Shown one piece after another: positions 48,968 to 61,061 of a stretch of 64,000 nucleotides of DNA (positions within the stretch are counted from its first letter, which is position 1; each line of letters begins with the position of its first letter). The notes below the pieces were generated by a model. That model made no database searches. It saw only the letters and a list, made by a program, of their open reading frames with translations, and had not been told where the DNA came from. Location: positions 124,001 through 188,000 of the forward strand of contig NIVC01000409.1 of the NCBI GenBank assembly GCA_002269645.1. The letters are read 5' to 3'. This stretch comes from Macrostomum lignano (lineage: Eukaryota). A program made the translations under genes and the position numbers.

Positions 48968-51900
48968 CAGGGTGCCTATGCCCTCCTTTATCTCCTTGAC
49001 CTTTATCTCCTTTATTTTAAAGATTTTTTGGATTTTCTCTTTATTTTAGCCACTTAGCTACTATTTAGTTAGAACAAAATCAGTTGAGCCATTTTTGCTA
49101 AAATCAATCTCATACCCATAGACATACCATTTTTAGTATATGCATGGATTTAGTATATTTAGATTATATTACTTAATATATTATTAGTTTAGGGTCCTTT
49201 TAAATAGTCATTAGGCTTATTCTATTCACTTGTACTTTTTTCCTGGACAAAGATATGTTGAAGAATATTTTGTAGGTCTTAAAAACTTTTGTATATACGA
49301 TTACTAATTTTACAAAATTTTAAGCATTAACCCTAGGTTAGCCACAATATTAGATATTGAAAGATAAAATGATTTTGTTATAATCTAGCCTAGCCTTATA
49401 TAGTAAGTTTTTTTCTACAGTTAAAAAACCTGCCAGTTATAGCTATTTGGATAATAAATCAGTATTAGTATGGTGTCATCTAAAAAAAAACCTAAAAAGA
49501 AAAAAGAGAAGACATACAATTCAACTTTCAAGCCTAAATGGCTTTCAAGCAATCCAATGGGCTGAGGTAATTAGATGTCAGGATGACTACAATGCTTTTT
49601 GTACTTGCTGTTCTACCAAAATAGGTGTCTGCCACATGGGTAAATCACCAAATGTATTATGGAAAGCATGACTTGCAAGCTAGGCAATGGCAGGGCTTGC
49701 TGCAATTTTTTTTACATGCAAAATGACATTTCCCAGGTTGGAAGAAACGACTTGTCTGCTATTGCTCAGCACCTGAAGCTGGATAGCCATGTGAAAAAGT
49801 GGAAACATATGGAATATTGCTAGCCTTGAATATGGAAACATATTCAAGGCTAGCAATGTGCAGCTCTTATTTGTTTTAAGCCATCAATAGCAGCTGCAAA
49901 TTCATCTGCTCCAGCCACTGATCCAGCTGCCATAGCTGCTGATCCACCTGCTGCTGCTACTGTTGCTGCTAATTTTTCTGTCAATACTGGCTCTGGTACT
50001 AGTGGAGCCAGTTCTATAACTCTTTTTTGTGATGAACATATATGTGACCAGAGCTGAAATCAAGTGGGCACTTTATCTTGTTTGGTCACATGGCTCTTTC
50101 TAAAGCAGCGATAGAATGGCTAATGTACTTTAAGACATGGATCCCAACAGTGAGATTCTATGCTAAATCTTGATGGATGGGACAAGGTGAGCAGTTTATT
50201 TTTTTGTCATCTTGTTTGTGCTAGCCTATACTTCTATAAGCTTTTCTTTTAGCATCTCTACATGCCTAATGAATATTTATAATAGTTGTATAATTATTAT
50301 CACAATTTATACAAGTAAAATAGTCGATTATTAGCCATGTTGAATCCACGCGAAAAAACTAGAAAGTAATTTAGCCTTTTGTTTTACTAAGTGAAATATT
50401 GACAATAAATATATTTTGTTATAAATGTAGCCTCCTAGACTCTATATATATATAAAAGCCAATTTGCTCCCAAATAAACCAACTTGCTCTTAGCTTGTTT
50501 GTTTGCCAAATTCATAGTAATATTTTCAGACTTGTTTTTGTATAAACCTTGAATTCTTATTCAGTTAGTTTTTTGCAAAACTAAAAGGTTGAAGTGCTCA
50601 GAAACTTACTTAGAAAAGGGATTTGGAAAATATATAAAAGAAAGTACTAAGAGTAATCGCTGTGACCCTCTAATCTTGGTTAGAGGTTAGACTGCTCAGG
50701 CCAAATTATACAAGGGTGTCCAAAAAGTAGTGATACTTTTAACCATAGCTCTTGTTCTATAGCTTCCTGTGATATAAAATTTTATGAACTAATAGTGGCA
50801 AATCTTTTCTAGACTGCTTTTTGAATTTTTTTAAAATTGATACTAGAGAACAAAAGTTATACCCATGAATGAAAGTAACAGTACCTGTACCATAGAGTTA
50901 CACAAACTATATTGAAATTTATAATAGTCAACTTCTGCACTTATTCATTAGGAAGGCATTGATAAATGTCTTTTTTAAGCAATACCAAAGCCCAATTGCA
51001 AAATGATGACTCACTGTGACTGACTGAAATTTGTCTATGGACAAGATCATGCGCAGAAAAATAAAGCATTAAATTCATTATTTTACTTGCAAACAAAGGA
51101 GCTTGCATTTTGCGATTTGTTCATGAGTTCATTGCCCATACTCGACAACACACATGGATGTGCACTCAGTTGTTGCTCAGCAAAGTACCATCTTCACTCT
51201 CTGGGGCACTGGCCATAGAGCCTCAGTAATTCACACAAAACTTTGCTCTGTGCATGGATCCTCTGTGGTCAACAAAATGACAGTTTGTGCCGACATTGTG
51301 CCAAAAGTTTTTGATTAAACTTTTAAACTTAAAAATTTTCACTGAATGCAAATGAGTGACACATGAGCAGGCAGATCAGGCCATTAGTCAATTTGTTGCT
51401 TTCTATAGCAACGAAAGAGTAATTGAAGCCTTGCAGGCCTTCAATGCTTCCAAGGATTGTTTAGACACTTTCTTTGTGCAGTTGTTTAACACCAATGTCG
51501 ATCTGACTGAATTGAGTGAACTTTGGACTATTGTCTGCATGGTCCTTATTCTTTCACATGGACAGGCATCTGTTGAGAGTGGATTTTCTATCAAAAAGAC
51601 TCTCATAGTTGAGAACCTATCTGACAGAAGCCTTATTGCTCAACAGATTATAAATGATGCTATTCTCCAGTCAGATGGCTCACTTACTTCTATTGAAATA
51701 ACACCAAGCATGCTTAGGCATATAAAGGTTGTTAAAACTCGGTCTTGCAAGGCACAAGAACAACAGGGAAAGGCTGACTCTGCACAAGATCAATGAAAAT
51801 GAACTAAAAAGTGCCAGAGAAGAAATGGAAAAGCTTAAGAAAGAATTAGCAACAAAGCGACATGTTGCAGAGGCTGCAACTAAGGAGGCTAACACTTTGC

Positions 51901-52485
51901 TAAGACAGCTGAATGAATTAAAAAAGAAGTAGCCTATTGATTTGATACTAAATTGTTTTCTCGACTAGCTACCAGATTACCTATTACTTCTGCGTTTTTG
52001 TTAATGTTTTCAGTAATCAGTGCTCATATTTGTTTCTAATTGCTTTAAAACTTTCAACATTCTTTTTAGAAATAGTCAGTAAACAATAGGATTTTTCTAA
52101 TAGTAACAATAACAATTATTGTTTGTATAAGAAATGTATGCCCATAAGTGCATAACAATCCTTTTTCACTTAAGCTTCATGCTTATTTAGTTTTAGTAGT
52201 TTACCACTGCATTTGTTTTTTGCTTTGTATACAAATTGTACATTCACAACATCTTTTTGAAATTAGTACATGAATTGGCTTCTTAAAACTTATTATATTG
52301 TATCATTATAGGGTGCAATGATGTTATACTTTTTTCATTATATTGCCATCTAAATTAAAATATAAGCATATTGAGCATGTGATATAGGTTTAGGTCCACG
52401 TTAATACATTAAAAATTAGGTCTCCTTTATTTTGGCATCAAACAGTCTCATGTATTTTACTTGCTCAAAATGTGCGGGCACCCTA
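48968..52485 (+). mobile_element. hAT transposon with decayed transposase, nested in mariner
   Basis: TIRs CAGGGTGCC / GGCACCCTA; imperfect target duplication around AAGTT. BED-like WAEV..QDDYNAFCTCCSTKIGVCHMG (49550), AEIKWAL....SH (50050) and C-terminal LILSHGQASVESGFS (51545). Confidence 0.85.
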
Positions 52486-52861
52486 CAAGTTTCATCTCCT
52501 ATCAGGATATTGTCCATTAATTTTGAAGCCCATGCAATGAATTTGTTAAGCATGAAGTTTGCAAACTCAACATGAGCTTGCCTTTGGGTCCAGTTCAAGT
52601 GATGGGGCACCCAGTGTACAGACACTTTTCTCGTGCCTAGATGATCATGCAAGATGGAAATGTCATCTGAATCCAAAATCCTGACATGTTTCTTGATTTT
52701 GCAAACCATCACTTGTTAATGTTCATTGAGCAGTCTTTGGACACTGGCCACTATTGCATTTGTAATGGCCAAATTTGGATGGCCTTCATATTAATCATTG
52801 TCTAGCTCCAGGCAGCCAGAATGAAATTGGCCAAACCACTTGTATATACTATTATCTGGGA

Positions 52862-54624
52862 CATACATGCGCAACTTCTGAAATTACGCTGGCCGTGCGA
52901 CTTAGTTTTCGATAAAAAATGCGACTTACCTATGAAAGAGCCAAGCAAAAACTTTAGGTAAACGGCAGGAGTAACTATGACCATATTTTTAAAGCTAAAT
53001 GCCTCGCCAGCTAATTAGTGCTGCGTGCAGATTCCGCGTTTCTATAACAGCTAATCAGTATGTCATCTAGTGGCGGCATGAAGCAATTAGTAAATTGTCA
53101 GTACAGTGTAGTGAGCATACTACAAAAGTCATGATTCATGAATGTCCAGAAGTAAGTGAAGTGAATACAGTGTGACCTATAGCTCAAGAACGATTTGCTA
53201 GACGATTTGGCATGGAAGATGAGAGCCCTGATTCAGATGGCTCATCAGATGCAGAATACGAATCCAGTAGAGATACAAGCTGTGAAAACCCACAGATTTT
53301 TAAACCACTGAATTCTAATTCCCGGAACTATTTTTGCATAGATTCTAAATTTGAAGTCATGCTCAAACAAAAACTTGTTAACAGTTAGGAAAAAGGCAAA
53401 GATGGGAGTAATGCATGTTAAACAAAGATTTGAGCCTTTGCAAATTCTCTCCATTCCTCAATCTTCTCATCCTCTTTTTCTTTTCTCTCTCATCCCTTAT
53501 CCCTTCTCTCTTTCCTCTCCTCTCTCCTCTCTTTCCTCTCCTCTCCTATCTCTTCTGTCTCCTCTCTACATTCTTATCTCTCCTCTCGTCTCTCTCCATT
53601 CCACTCTACTCTCTCATCTTATCTCTCCTCTCTTTTCTACTCTCTCATCTCTCCTCTCTTCACTCTCCTCTCATCTCCTCTTTATCCTCTCTTCTCTCAT
53701 CTACTCTCTCCTCTTTCCTCTTTCCTCTCTTCTGATCTCATCCATCATCTTTTCTTTCCTCTTTCCTCTAATCTCCTCTTCTCTCTCATCTCTTTTTCCT
53801 CCCTCAGCTTTTCTCTCCTCTTCTATCTTTTCTCCCATCGCATCGCTCGCCTCTCCTCTGTTTGCTTATCTCTAATTTTCTATTCCCTCTACTTTGAAGT
53901 AAGAAAATATGCACATATTTTTGCTGAAGATAAGAGGAGAGAAGAGGGCATTGAGGAGAAAGGGTAGAGAGAAAGGGGGAGAAGAGAGTAAAAATGAGAG
54001 GAGAGAGAAGAGGGAAAAGGGGGGAGAGAGAGAAGAGGGGAGGCAAGGTAGAGATTCAGAGAAGAAGAGAGAGATGAGAGTTGAAGAGACACCAACCTTG
54101 CTACGAGTAGTTAGTAAGTTAGGAAGTTTCAAAGAACCCGAGGGGCGAGGGCCAGATAGAGGGGCTTCGCGAGCCGGAGTTTGCCAACCCCTGCTCCAGA
54201 GTTTAAGAAATCAATGGGAAACTGTTGACGCGGGCTTCTGATTTCAAAGATCTTGTCTGTTGTTGAAGGCTTCTATTCTGTTTTTGCTCTCCTGCCACAC
54301 TTGCACCTACTACCCCCTGATTGCCTCTGATTGTGACTTACTTCCCTCTTATTGCGACTTAGTTGCTTCTTTTTGCGACTTACCTGATCGATCCTTTTTG
54401 CGACTTACCTGATTATTTTTACAACTTAGTTTGCTTCTTTTGCGAATTGTTTTTCTTTTGCTTCACCATTTTCCCTGAACTGCTCTTTCTTTCGCTTTCC
54501 TCTTGCCTTTCTTGGTTCTTGTGTTTTTCTGTTTTTGGTTGACTCAATTTTGTGACTTACCCCTGGTCAGCCACGATTTACGGTGGCCGGATTGGCCAGG
54601 TCGGCCAGCAGTTGCGCATGTATG
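52862..54624. mobile_element. Non-autonomous hAT-type element (1763 bp), nested in mariner
   Basis: Perfect 15-bp TIRs CATACATGCGCAACT / AGTTGCGCATGTATG and perfect 8-bp TSD ATCTGGGA (52854-52861, 54625-54632). Confidence 0.9.
53440..54080. repeat. Low-complexity pyrimidine tract (53440-53880) followed by purine tract (53930-54080)
   Basis: TC-rich then AG-rich degenerate microsatellite. Confidence 0.85.
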
Positions 54625-56097
54625 ATCTGGGATAGGGCTTCATCATCCAGGGCTTTTTGAAGCATCTGCAAGCACTTGAAGGCAGATTGGCCAAGTTAAA
54701 ATTGAGCAAGAATTGCAATTTGTCTGTCACACTCTGCCAATCACAGGGCAAGTTTGGGGTCATAACACTTTTTCAACCACTGCATCATACCATTTTAGTC
54801 AGAGGCTGAAAATTGCAATATCTACTGAAATAAGCATATAAAATCTCATTTTATTTGCATAAAATGAAGTTAATTTTTCTACAAACTTATTATTAAGCAG
54901 CACTTGTATTTGAATCAAAATGTTTCATTAATTTACTACTAGGGCCTAGCTATCTACCTTAGCATAGACCTCTAGAAAACAAACTGAAACTGACAGCAGA
55001 CAATACAAACCAAATCAAAAATATTAATCAAACTAGATATTTTTATTGAGTAGGCCTAAGAGGCTATTGATCAAATGGCTTTTCTTCTGCCTTTTATTTT
55101 TGGGCATCAATAATTTAAGTAGACCTACATATAAATAAAACTACAAATATTGATTTGATGCTAGGCTAATTGGCACCTAGTATTCTATTGCCACACCTCT
55201 AGCAATAGCCATACCAAATTTACCAAGCTAAATTACCATTCTGTTCTACACATATCTTCAGCTTTATATTTGATTGTGACATTTGTGGTGGCCTTTGTGA
55301 TCTTTGTGATTTTGTGCAATGCATTTTTCTTTTTTTACCATATAAACTGTATCTTTGTGGCAGTAACTCTGTTATTGTCTGGTTCTAAGCCCAGAATGAG
55401 AAAGGAGAAGGGCTGCATTGAATAAACATGCAATTGAATATAGTGGTTTCAGAGATACTATGTCTAAGATATTAAGAATACAAGTTGGAAGGGAAAAAGT
55501 TTCATGTGGGGTGTGTATTATTGGTAGTGAGTTGTGACTAAAAATTGACATTGTCCCATTGAACAGTTGACAAAATAACCAAGCTTTGAAAGTATCCTAT
55601 TGGTTGGTTAATAAAACAACCAATATGGGGAACAGGTTGACAATGTGTCTAGCTGACAGTTGACAATGGCAGTTGACGAAATGAGTAGGCCTAGGATCCT
55701 TAAAATGACGTGGCAATGGCATGGCATGAAGTGCAGTTCAAAAAAATATATCTATGGCCAAAATCAGTGTCAACTCTGTGCAATTAAAGGGAGATGGGCT
55801 TTGGGTTAGAAATGTTAGCTGCCAAGTTGAGAATACTCAAGAGTTAAGATGCAAGTTATTCCCATTGAAAAAGTAATTTAATTAATGATTCTGCAGTATA
55901 GCCAACCCAGCTTCCTAGACCTAGTGTCACTATGAGCAGAATGACATTATTTGTGTACATAAGATACTCAAGCTCCACTTCATAAGCTTAAGTTGCCAAG
56001 TTGATAGGCCCTTTGGTTGAATAAAAAAATACAATTATTTTAGTGCCTACAATTTGTGGTCATTTTTTCATGAAAAGTTAGTTTATATGATATATTA

Positions 56098-56848
56098 GGC
56101 AGTGCTTATTCCCATGGTACTGTAGAAATAATTTCTGTCCTATTCCAAGGGTACCGTGGGGATAATTTTCTACTTATCTGCATGGCACACTGACAAGATA
56201 GCTGCCCCATCTTCTACATATGCCGTGGGGATACTTTTATGCTTATCCGCACGGCACACTGACGAGATAGCTGCCCTATATTCTTCATATGTGGTGGGAA
56301 TCATTTAGTTTAGTACTTACGGTTTAATTGCAGTAAAACAACATAACTTTGCTTGGCCATTAGTTTTATAGAAGTAAAGATTTAATTGCCTTTTTATGCA
56401 AAAAACACTTTTTTGTATTTATGACATTATGATTTAAAGTAAATTGCTCTAGTGTTTATAATTTGAATTTTTAGCAAAATATAATCCCGAGATTGATCTG
56501 CCGAAAAGTGCATTGCCGCTTCTGTTGTAGACTTCTACTAGACATGTAAATTAGCAATTTGTTTGTATAGATTATTGCATTGCTTCAACAATTCGCCCTA
56601 TCTCGTCAGTGTGCCGTGCGGATAAGCAGAAAATTATTCCCACGGCATATGTAGAAGATGGGGCAGCTATCTCGTCAGTGTGCCGTGTGGATAGGCCTAA
56701 GCAGAAAATTATTCCCACGGCATATGTAGAAGAAGATGGGGCAGCTATCTCGTCAGTGTGCCGTGCGGATAAGCAGAAAATTATTCCCACGGTACCGTTG
56801 GAATAAGACAGAAATTATTCCTACGGTACCGTGGGGATAAGCACTGCC
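56098..56848. mobile_element. Mutator-like foldback element (751 bp)
   Basis: Perfect 9-bp TSD GATATATTA; long TIRs starting GGCAGTGCTTAT / ATAAGCACTGCC, with ~68-bp subrepeats (2 left, 3 right). Confidence 0.88.
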
Positions 56849-59790
56849 GATATATTAATTGTATATATATATACAATTACTTCTACACTACTTCTACACA
56901 GTAATTTTTTGCTAGGTTGAACATGCTACGGCTGATTGATGACTCACTATCAATAGGCGAAGTTTCAGAAGCAGCCCACTGGTCCATCAGTTACTCGGAC
57001 GATTTTTACAAGAAATGGAATGACTATGCAAGAGTATAAAGGTCAGTATCTTACAGTGAAATTAGGGTAAAAAACTTTATTTAATAATAAAAATAGTGTT
57101 ATGAACATTTAAAGAATTTAATTTTTTAGAATGTTAGGAGCATTTGTTTGTATGTGCTACGAAAAAACGGGCCCTACAAAGTCTGACATTTGAATTCCAC
57201 GGTTTACGCTTCTTTAAAACCAGCAATTACCTGTTTGTTGGTTATAGTGCTGGACTTACAGAAAAAAAACGCAGAAGAGACATTACTGTAAAATGTCTCT
57301 TATCGATATAATTCTTCAGACGCACTACTTAACTTAAAAGTGATGCTTAACTTGTAACTAATGCGTTTGCAGATGTTCATCAACTAAATCCTGCAATTAA
57401 TTGGCAGAACTTTATGACTAACAGTTCCTGATTTAGTAACAAAAATAAAAAACACTTACTCTAAACTGCCGCCTGAAGCAAATCTCGCTAAAATTTCATT
57501 CAAAAACAAAAATTATCGATCGTAACCCCCGTACATGTATATGGCCCTATAGCATCATCGAAAACTGAAAGCATCAAGAACCGAACATACTTATGTCATT
57601 GTTAATATGATGGGCTAAATCTAAATCTAATAAGATTAGATACATGCAAGGACCACTTTAGTATAACAGGCCCGTAAGAATTCTTAAATGTCAGAGTATC
57701 TTACTCTAAGTAATTTAATTAGATCGGCCAATGTTTTTTAAAACCATGAAGCTTTCACTACACAAACTTGTAATATAACTACAGCTAGCAGAGTAACAGA
57801 TTTTCATGCCAAATTTATAGGATCACTTCACTGGCCCCAAATCAACTGCAATAATTGATATTGTGACTACAAACGAATTTTTATTATCTCTGCGGTGTAA
57901 TTTTCAGGAAATTGGCCACTAAAAATACCCACAAGATCTTTGAGTTTTTCGTCGTCAGCTGTTACTGTTACTATAATGCGTGTAGATAGTATATACAATT
58001 GGTCCTTGATCTGCATACATGTAGCTGGCACCCAGCTTACAAAGTATAACAATTTGTTCAGTTCCTTTTGCGCAATGGGAAGGACCCACCCATGCAATCT
58101 TCTAAATATACTAAATCTCTAAGGTTTGTATGTTTGTTGTTATTAAACGGGGTGGGTAGCCCAGGGGCTCCCGCGGATCTGCAGCCCAGGGAAGGGCTCG
58201 ATCTGCCGCTGTGATGGGGCACAATCTACCAGGGGCATATAGCCCGAGCAGCCCAATTGGGATATTTTCCACTACTAACCCAAGCCTTATTGACTTAAAC
58301 ACCGCCAACCCAACTTGTGGAATCAGGGACGGTGCTAGGACCGAGTCCACCCAAGCCACCCCAGCAGACAAATCCCGAGAGTGCGCGAAAAAAGTTTGGA
58401 ATATTCCAGAAATGCTACTGCAGAGAGCGGTCCGGGCCGAGCGGGGAGACCCCCGAAGTCTACGGAAACGAACAATTTTGGAGCGAGTCTGGGCAGCTTA
58501 TTTACCAAGGGTGAGGCTCCTATCAGGAGTAGATCGATATTCGCAAAACGTCCTATAGGGCTGCGAGCCTCAAGGCTTTTTCACTGACCCAGCTCAAAAC
58601 AATAATTGGGTATAGATCGAGGGCCAGGCCAGAGGGCGGAGAGGGGCACAAGGAGCAATAAGAAACCGGACTCAGCCGGTTTTCCCCGATTTGGGACGAA
58701 CTTTCTTCCCAGGACTCCAATCCACTGTCAGAGATGAGGGCCAAGACACAATAAGCAGGGAACTTCCAGAGGAGCCAGCAGATGGACGGACCAAGGCAAA
58801 GCAGGATGGACCGGGCAGGGAGGGCAGAGCTCATAACTCCAAAGATTGGAAGGCACTGCCAGGCCTTAGATAAAAGCGGGGAGATAAAAACAAATGGGAG
58901 GAGCACCTGAACCCTAACCCGGGGCTCAGCCTCAGGGCTGGCATCAACTGGGCTCTACCGTACACTTTTGTGAATTGTCGTCTTTCCTGCAGGGCGGGTG
59001 CGACCGGGAGGCTCAATTGTCCCGTTCTAGCCACACTGCAGTCCAGATCTCCAACTCACTCCAGGTCACCCCCCCCCCCCCTAACCCAAGGCCGATGCAT
59101 GGCCAAACAATTGGAAAGAAAAAGTTGGGCTATATTTAGATGAGCACATCACCTCCGGTGAGGACTCTAATTGGATTGGGCTAGCGAGGCAGCCAGGGTA
59201 AAAACAGTCAGAGACCGTCTACGGTCTGTATTGTTGCTTGCTAGCTTGCTTGTCCATAACGCTCTAGTCAATTACTATACTTCTACCATCTTGCGCAACC
59301 ACAATTTTGATGCGACCAATGCAATTGGAAGTTACATATCTTGGTAAAGTCAATTGTTGTAATTTCATTATATCCTCAGCCTCACATGTGACGTCATTTC
59401 GCAAAATTTTGCTACTACAAATTACTTAGTAGATTTAAAATCGTTTTAAACGGAAAAGCTAAAGAAACAGAGAAACAAACGACACTACATGCACGAGAGT
59501 AACGTGTAAGTTTATTGCAATTTAAAAGATGGACAACAGGATTTTACTTAACTTGCAATATTCAACACAGCTGACATAAGTTTATTGTGCGGAAAATATT
59601 AATGAAAAAATTTGGAAGGCAGATCTCGATTAAAGCCAAAACTTTAGGTTAACTTTAGATAAGGTGAAAAAAATCAAGATGCATCGGAAATGTTTCAAGT
59701 ATTCTGACGTTTAGCCAATGTAACGTTACTTTCTGAATCTCATCAGGCTTTTACTTTTGTGCATTTGTGACACGGAATTAAATTGCTTTT

Positions 59791-61061
59791 CTAAGGCAGC
59801 GCAGAGGCGGTGAAGCCGAGAACCTCAACTTCGCACAGGCTGACGTAAGTGTTCAGCCGATTGATGAGGCGAACCCGACTGCCGTAGCCGAGGCAGCTGA
59901 CCGTCTTGATGGAGAAGCTCTGAGCTACGTCCACTTTGGCGCACTCGACATCGTCAACCAGCAGGGTGAAGCTGTTGAGCCTCTCAGCGCAGCAGTCCTG
60001 CCTGTTGAAGATGCGGACTGCCGTGATGCGGAACTGCTGAGCGAGGTCGGCCTGCCACCACTGGAAGTCGCCTCCGTTGGTGTGGGTGCAGGAGCCTCCG
60101 TAAAAGTTTTGATTCTTGTTACCATCGATCGCTAGACCGCAGAAATATTGTCCAAGAGTGGAGATCTGGCTGCAGTTTCGAATGGTCAGAACGGATTCCG
60201 CTGGCGCTGCAAAAGTCAATAAACTCTCAAATTTAGAAATAATTGTAGAACTGCATTAATGAGTGCCCTGATTGGCAGTAAAATATGGAATATTTTTCAG
60301 TCAATAATCCTGTCACACAGCCTTTCAGCCTGTTTAGAGGCAATGATGTACAACTTGCAAGCGATGGAAATAAAGAAGTCTGGTTATTCTTCCCGCAGCA
60401 GTTAATCTGCAAATCCAGTAGTCCCCACGCCTAGTGATGTGTTACACTTTTATAAGTATGGTATGATAAGTACGAGCTAAGTGTGGGTGCAGGAGCCTTC
60501 GTGAAAGTTCTGATCCGTGTTACCATCGATTGCTAGACCGCAGACTGCGCTCTGGTAAGTAGAAATCTGACTGCAGTTTCGAACAGTCAAAAAGGCTTCT
60601 GTTAGCTTTAAAGCTACCAAAGCGAAGGGCAGACATTGAAATAACAGTTTTGAATCTCAGCATTTATAACCTAAAATTCCTCCTTAACATTATTTATGTC
60701 ATTGAATTCATTCAGTGTGAAACTCACAGTCGAAATACTTCGTGAAGACGTCGACCGGCTTGTCGCTCGGCTGCCACAGCGACTTGCTGAAGAACGCAGC
60801 GATGCTGAACAGCTGGCACGACAGACTCGCCTCTTGCCAGTAGAATCCGAAGCAGACACCGGACTGGGCTCTGCACTGCAGAGAGCACTGCAGCTCGCCG
60901 ACAACTTCTAGCACGGACTTGAAGGACTGCGGCACCGTCAGGCTGTGGGGCTCGGCTAAAGAGAACAGCTTCTGGTTGGCGCAGCTGCCAGGGTCATTGC
61001 CTGCGACTGTCGAGCAGGTTGTCGCCAACAGAGCAAATGCCAGTTGAAGGAGATGTTGCAT
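59791..61061 (-). CDS. Secreted PAN/apple + F-type lectin protein, copy C
   Basis: Exons 61061-60728 (T|GTGAG) and 60206-59791 (TTTTGCAG|), phase 1, intact H-X26-RXD-X4-R. Requires skipping the truncated exon at 60482-60610. Confidence 0.85.
60482..60610 (-). pseudogene. Truncated duplicate F-type lectin exon inside the intron of copy C
   Basis: Homologous to 4575-4710 and ends after CTHT. The acceptor GCAG of copy A reads TTAA here. Confidence 0.8.

Larger units (their letters stand above)
48478..54906 (-). mobile_element. Mariner transposon, dead, split in three by two nested insertions
   Basis: TA|CAGGGCTGCTTAATAAGTTTGTGG (48478) and degenerate inverse ...ACAAACTTATTATTAAGCAGCACTTG|TA (54906). 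Pieces join in order: LGQSAFKCLQMLQKALDDEALSQII (54730-54625) | VYKWF..., HDHLGTRKVSVHWVPHHL...GDET (52861-52486) | VYFYDPETK...GKVMTAVF...WFHRMQECINLSGNYVEK (48960-48540). Confidence 0.88.

Noticed and set aside
58111-58400. Possible tyrosine-recombinase motif (AHSRDLSAG..CPITA)
   Set aside because: Motif order is wrong for DIRS-type recombinases and catalytic residues are not identifiable.
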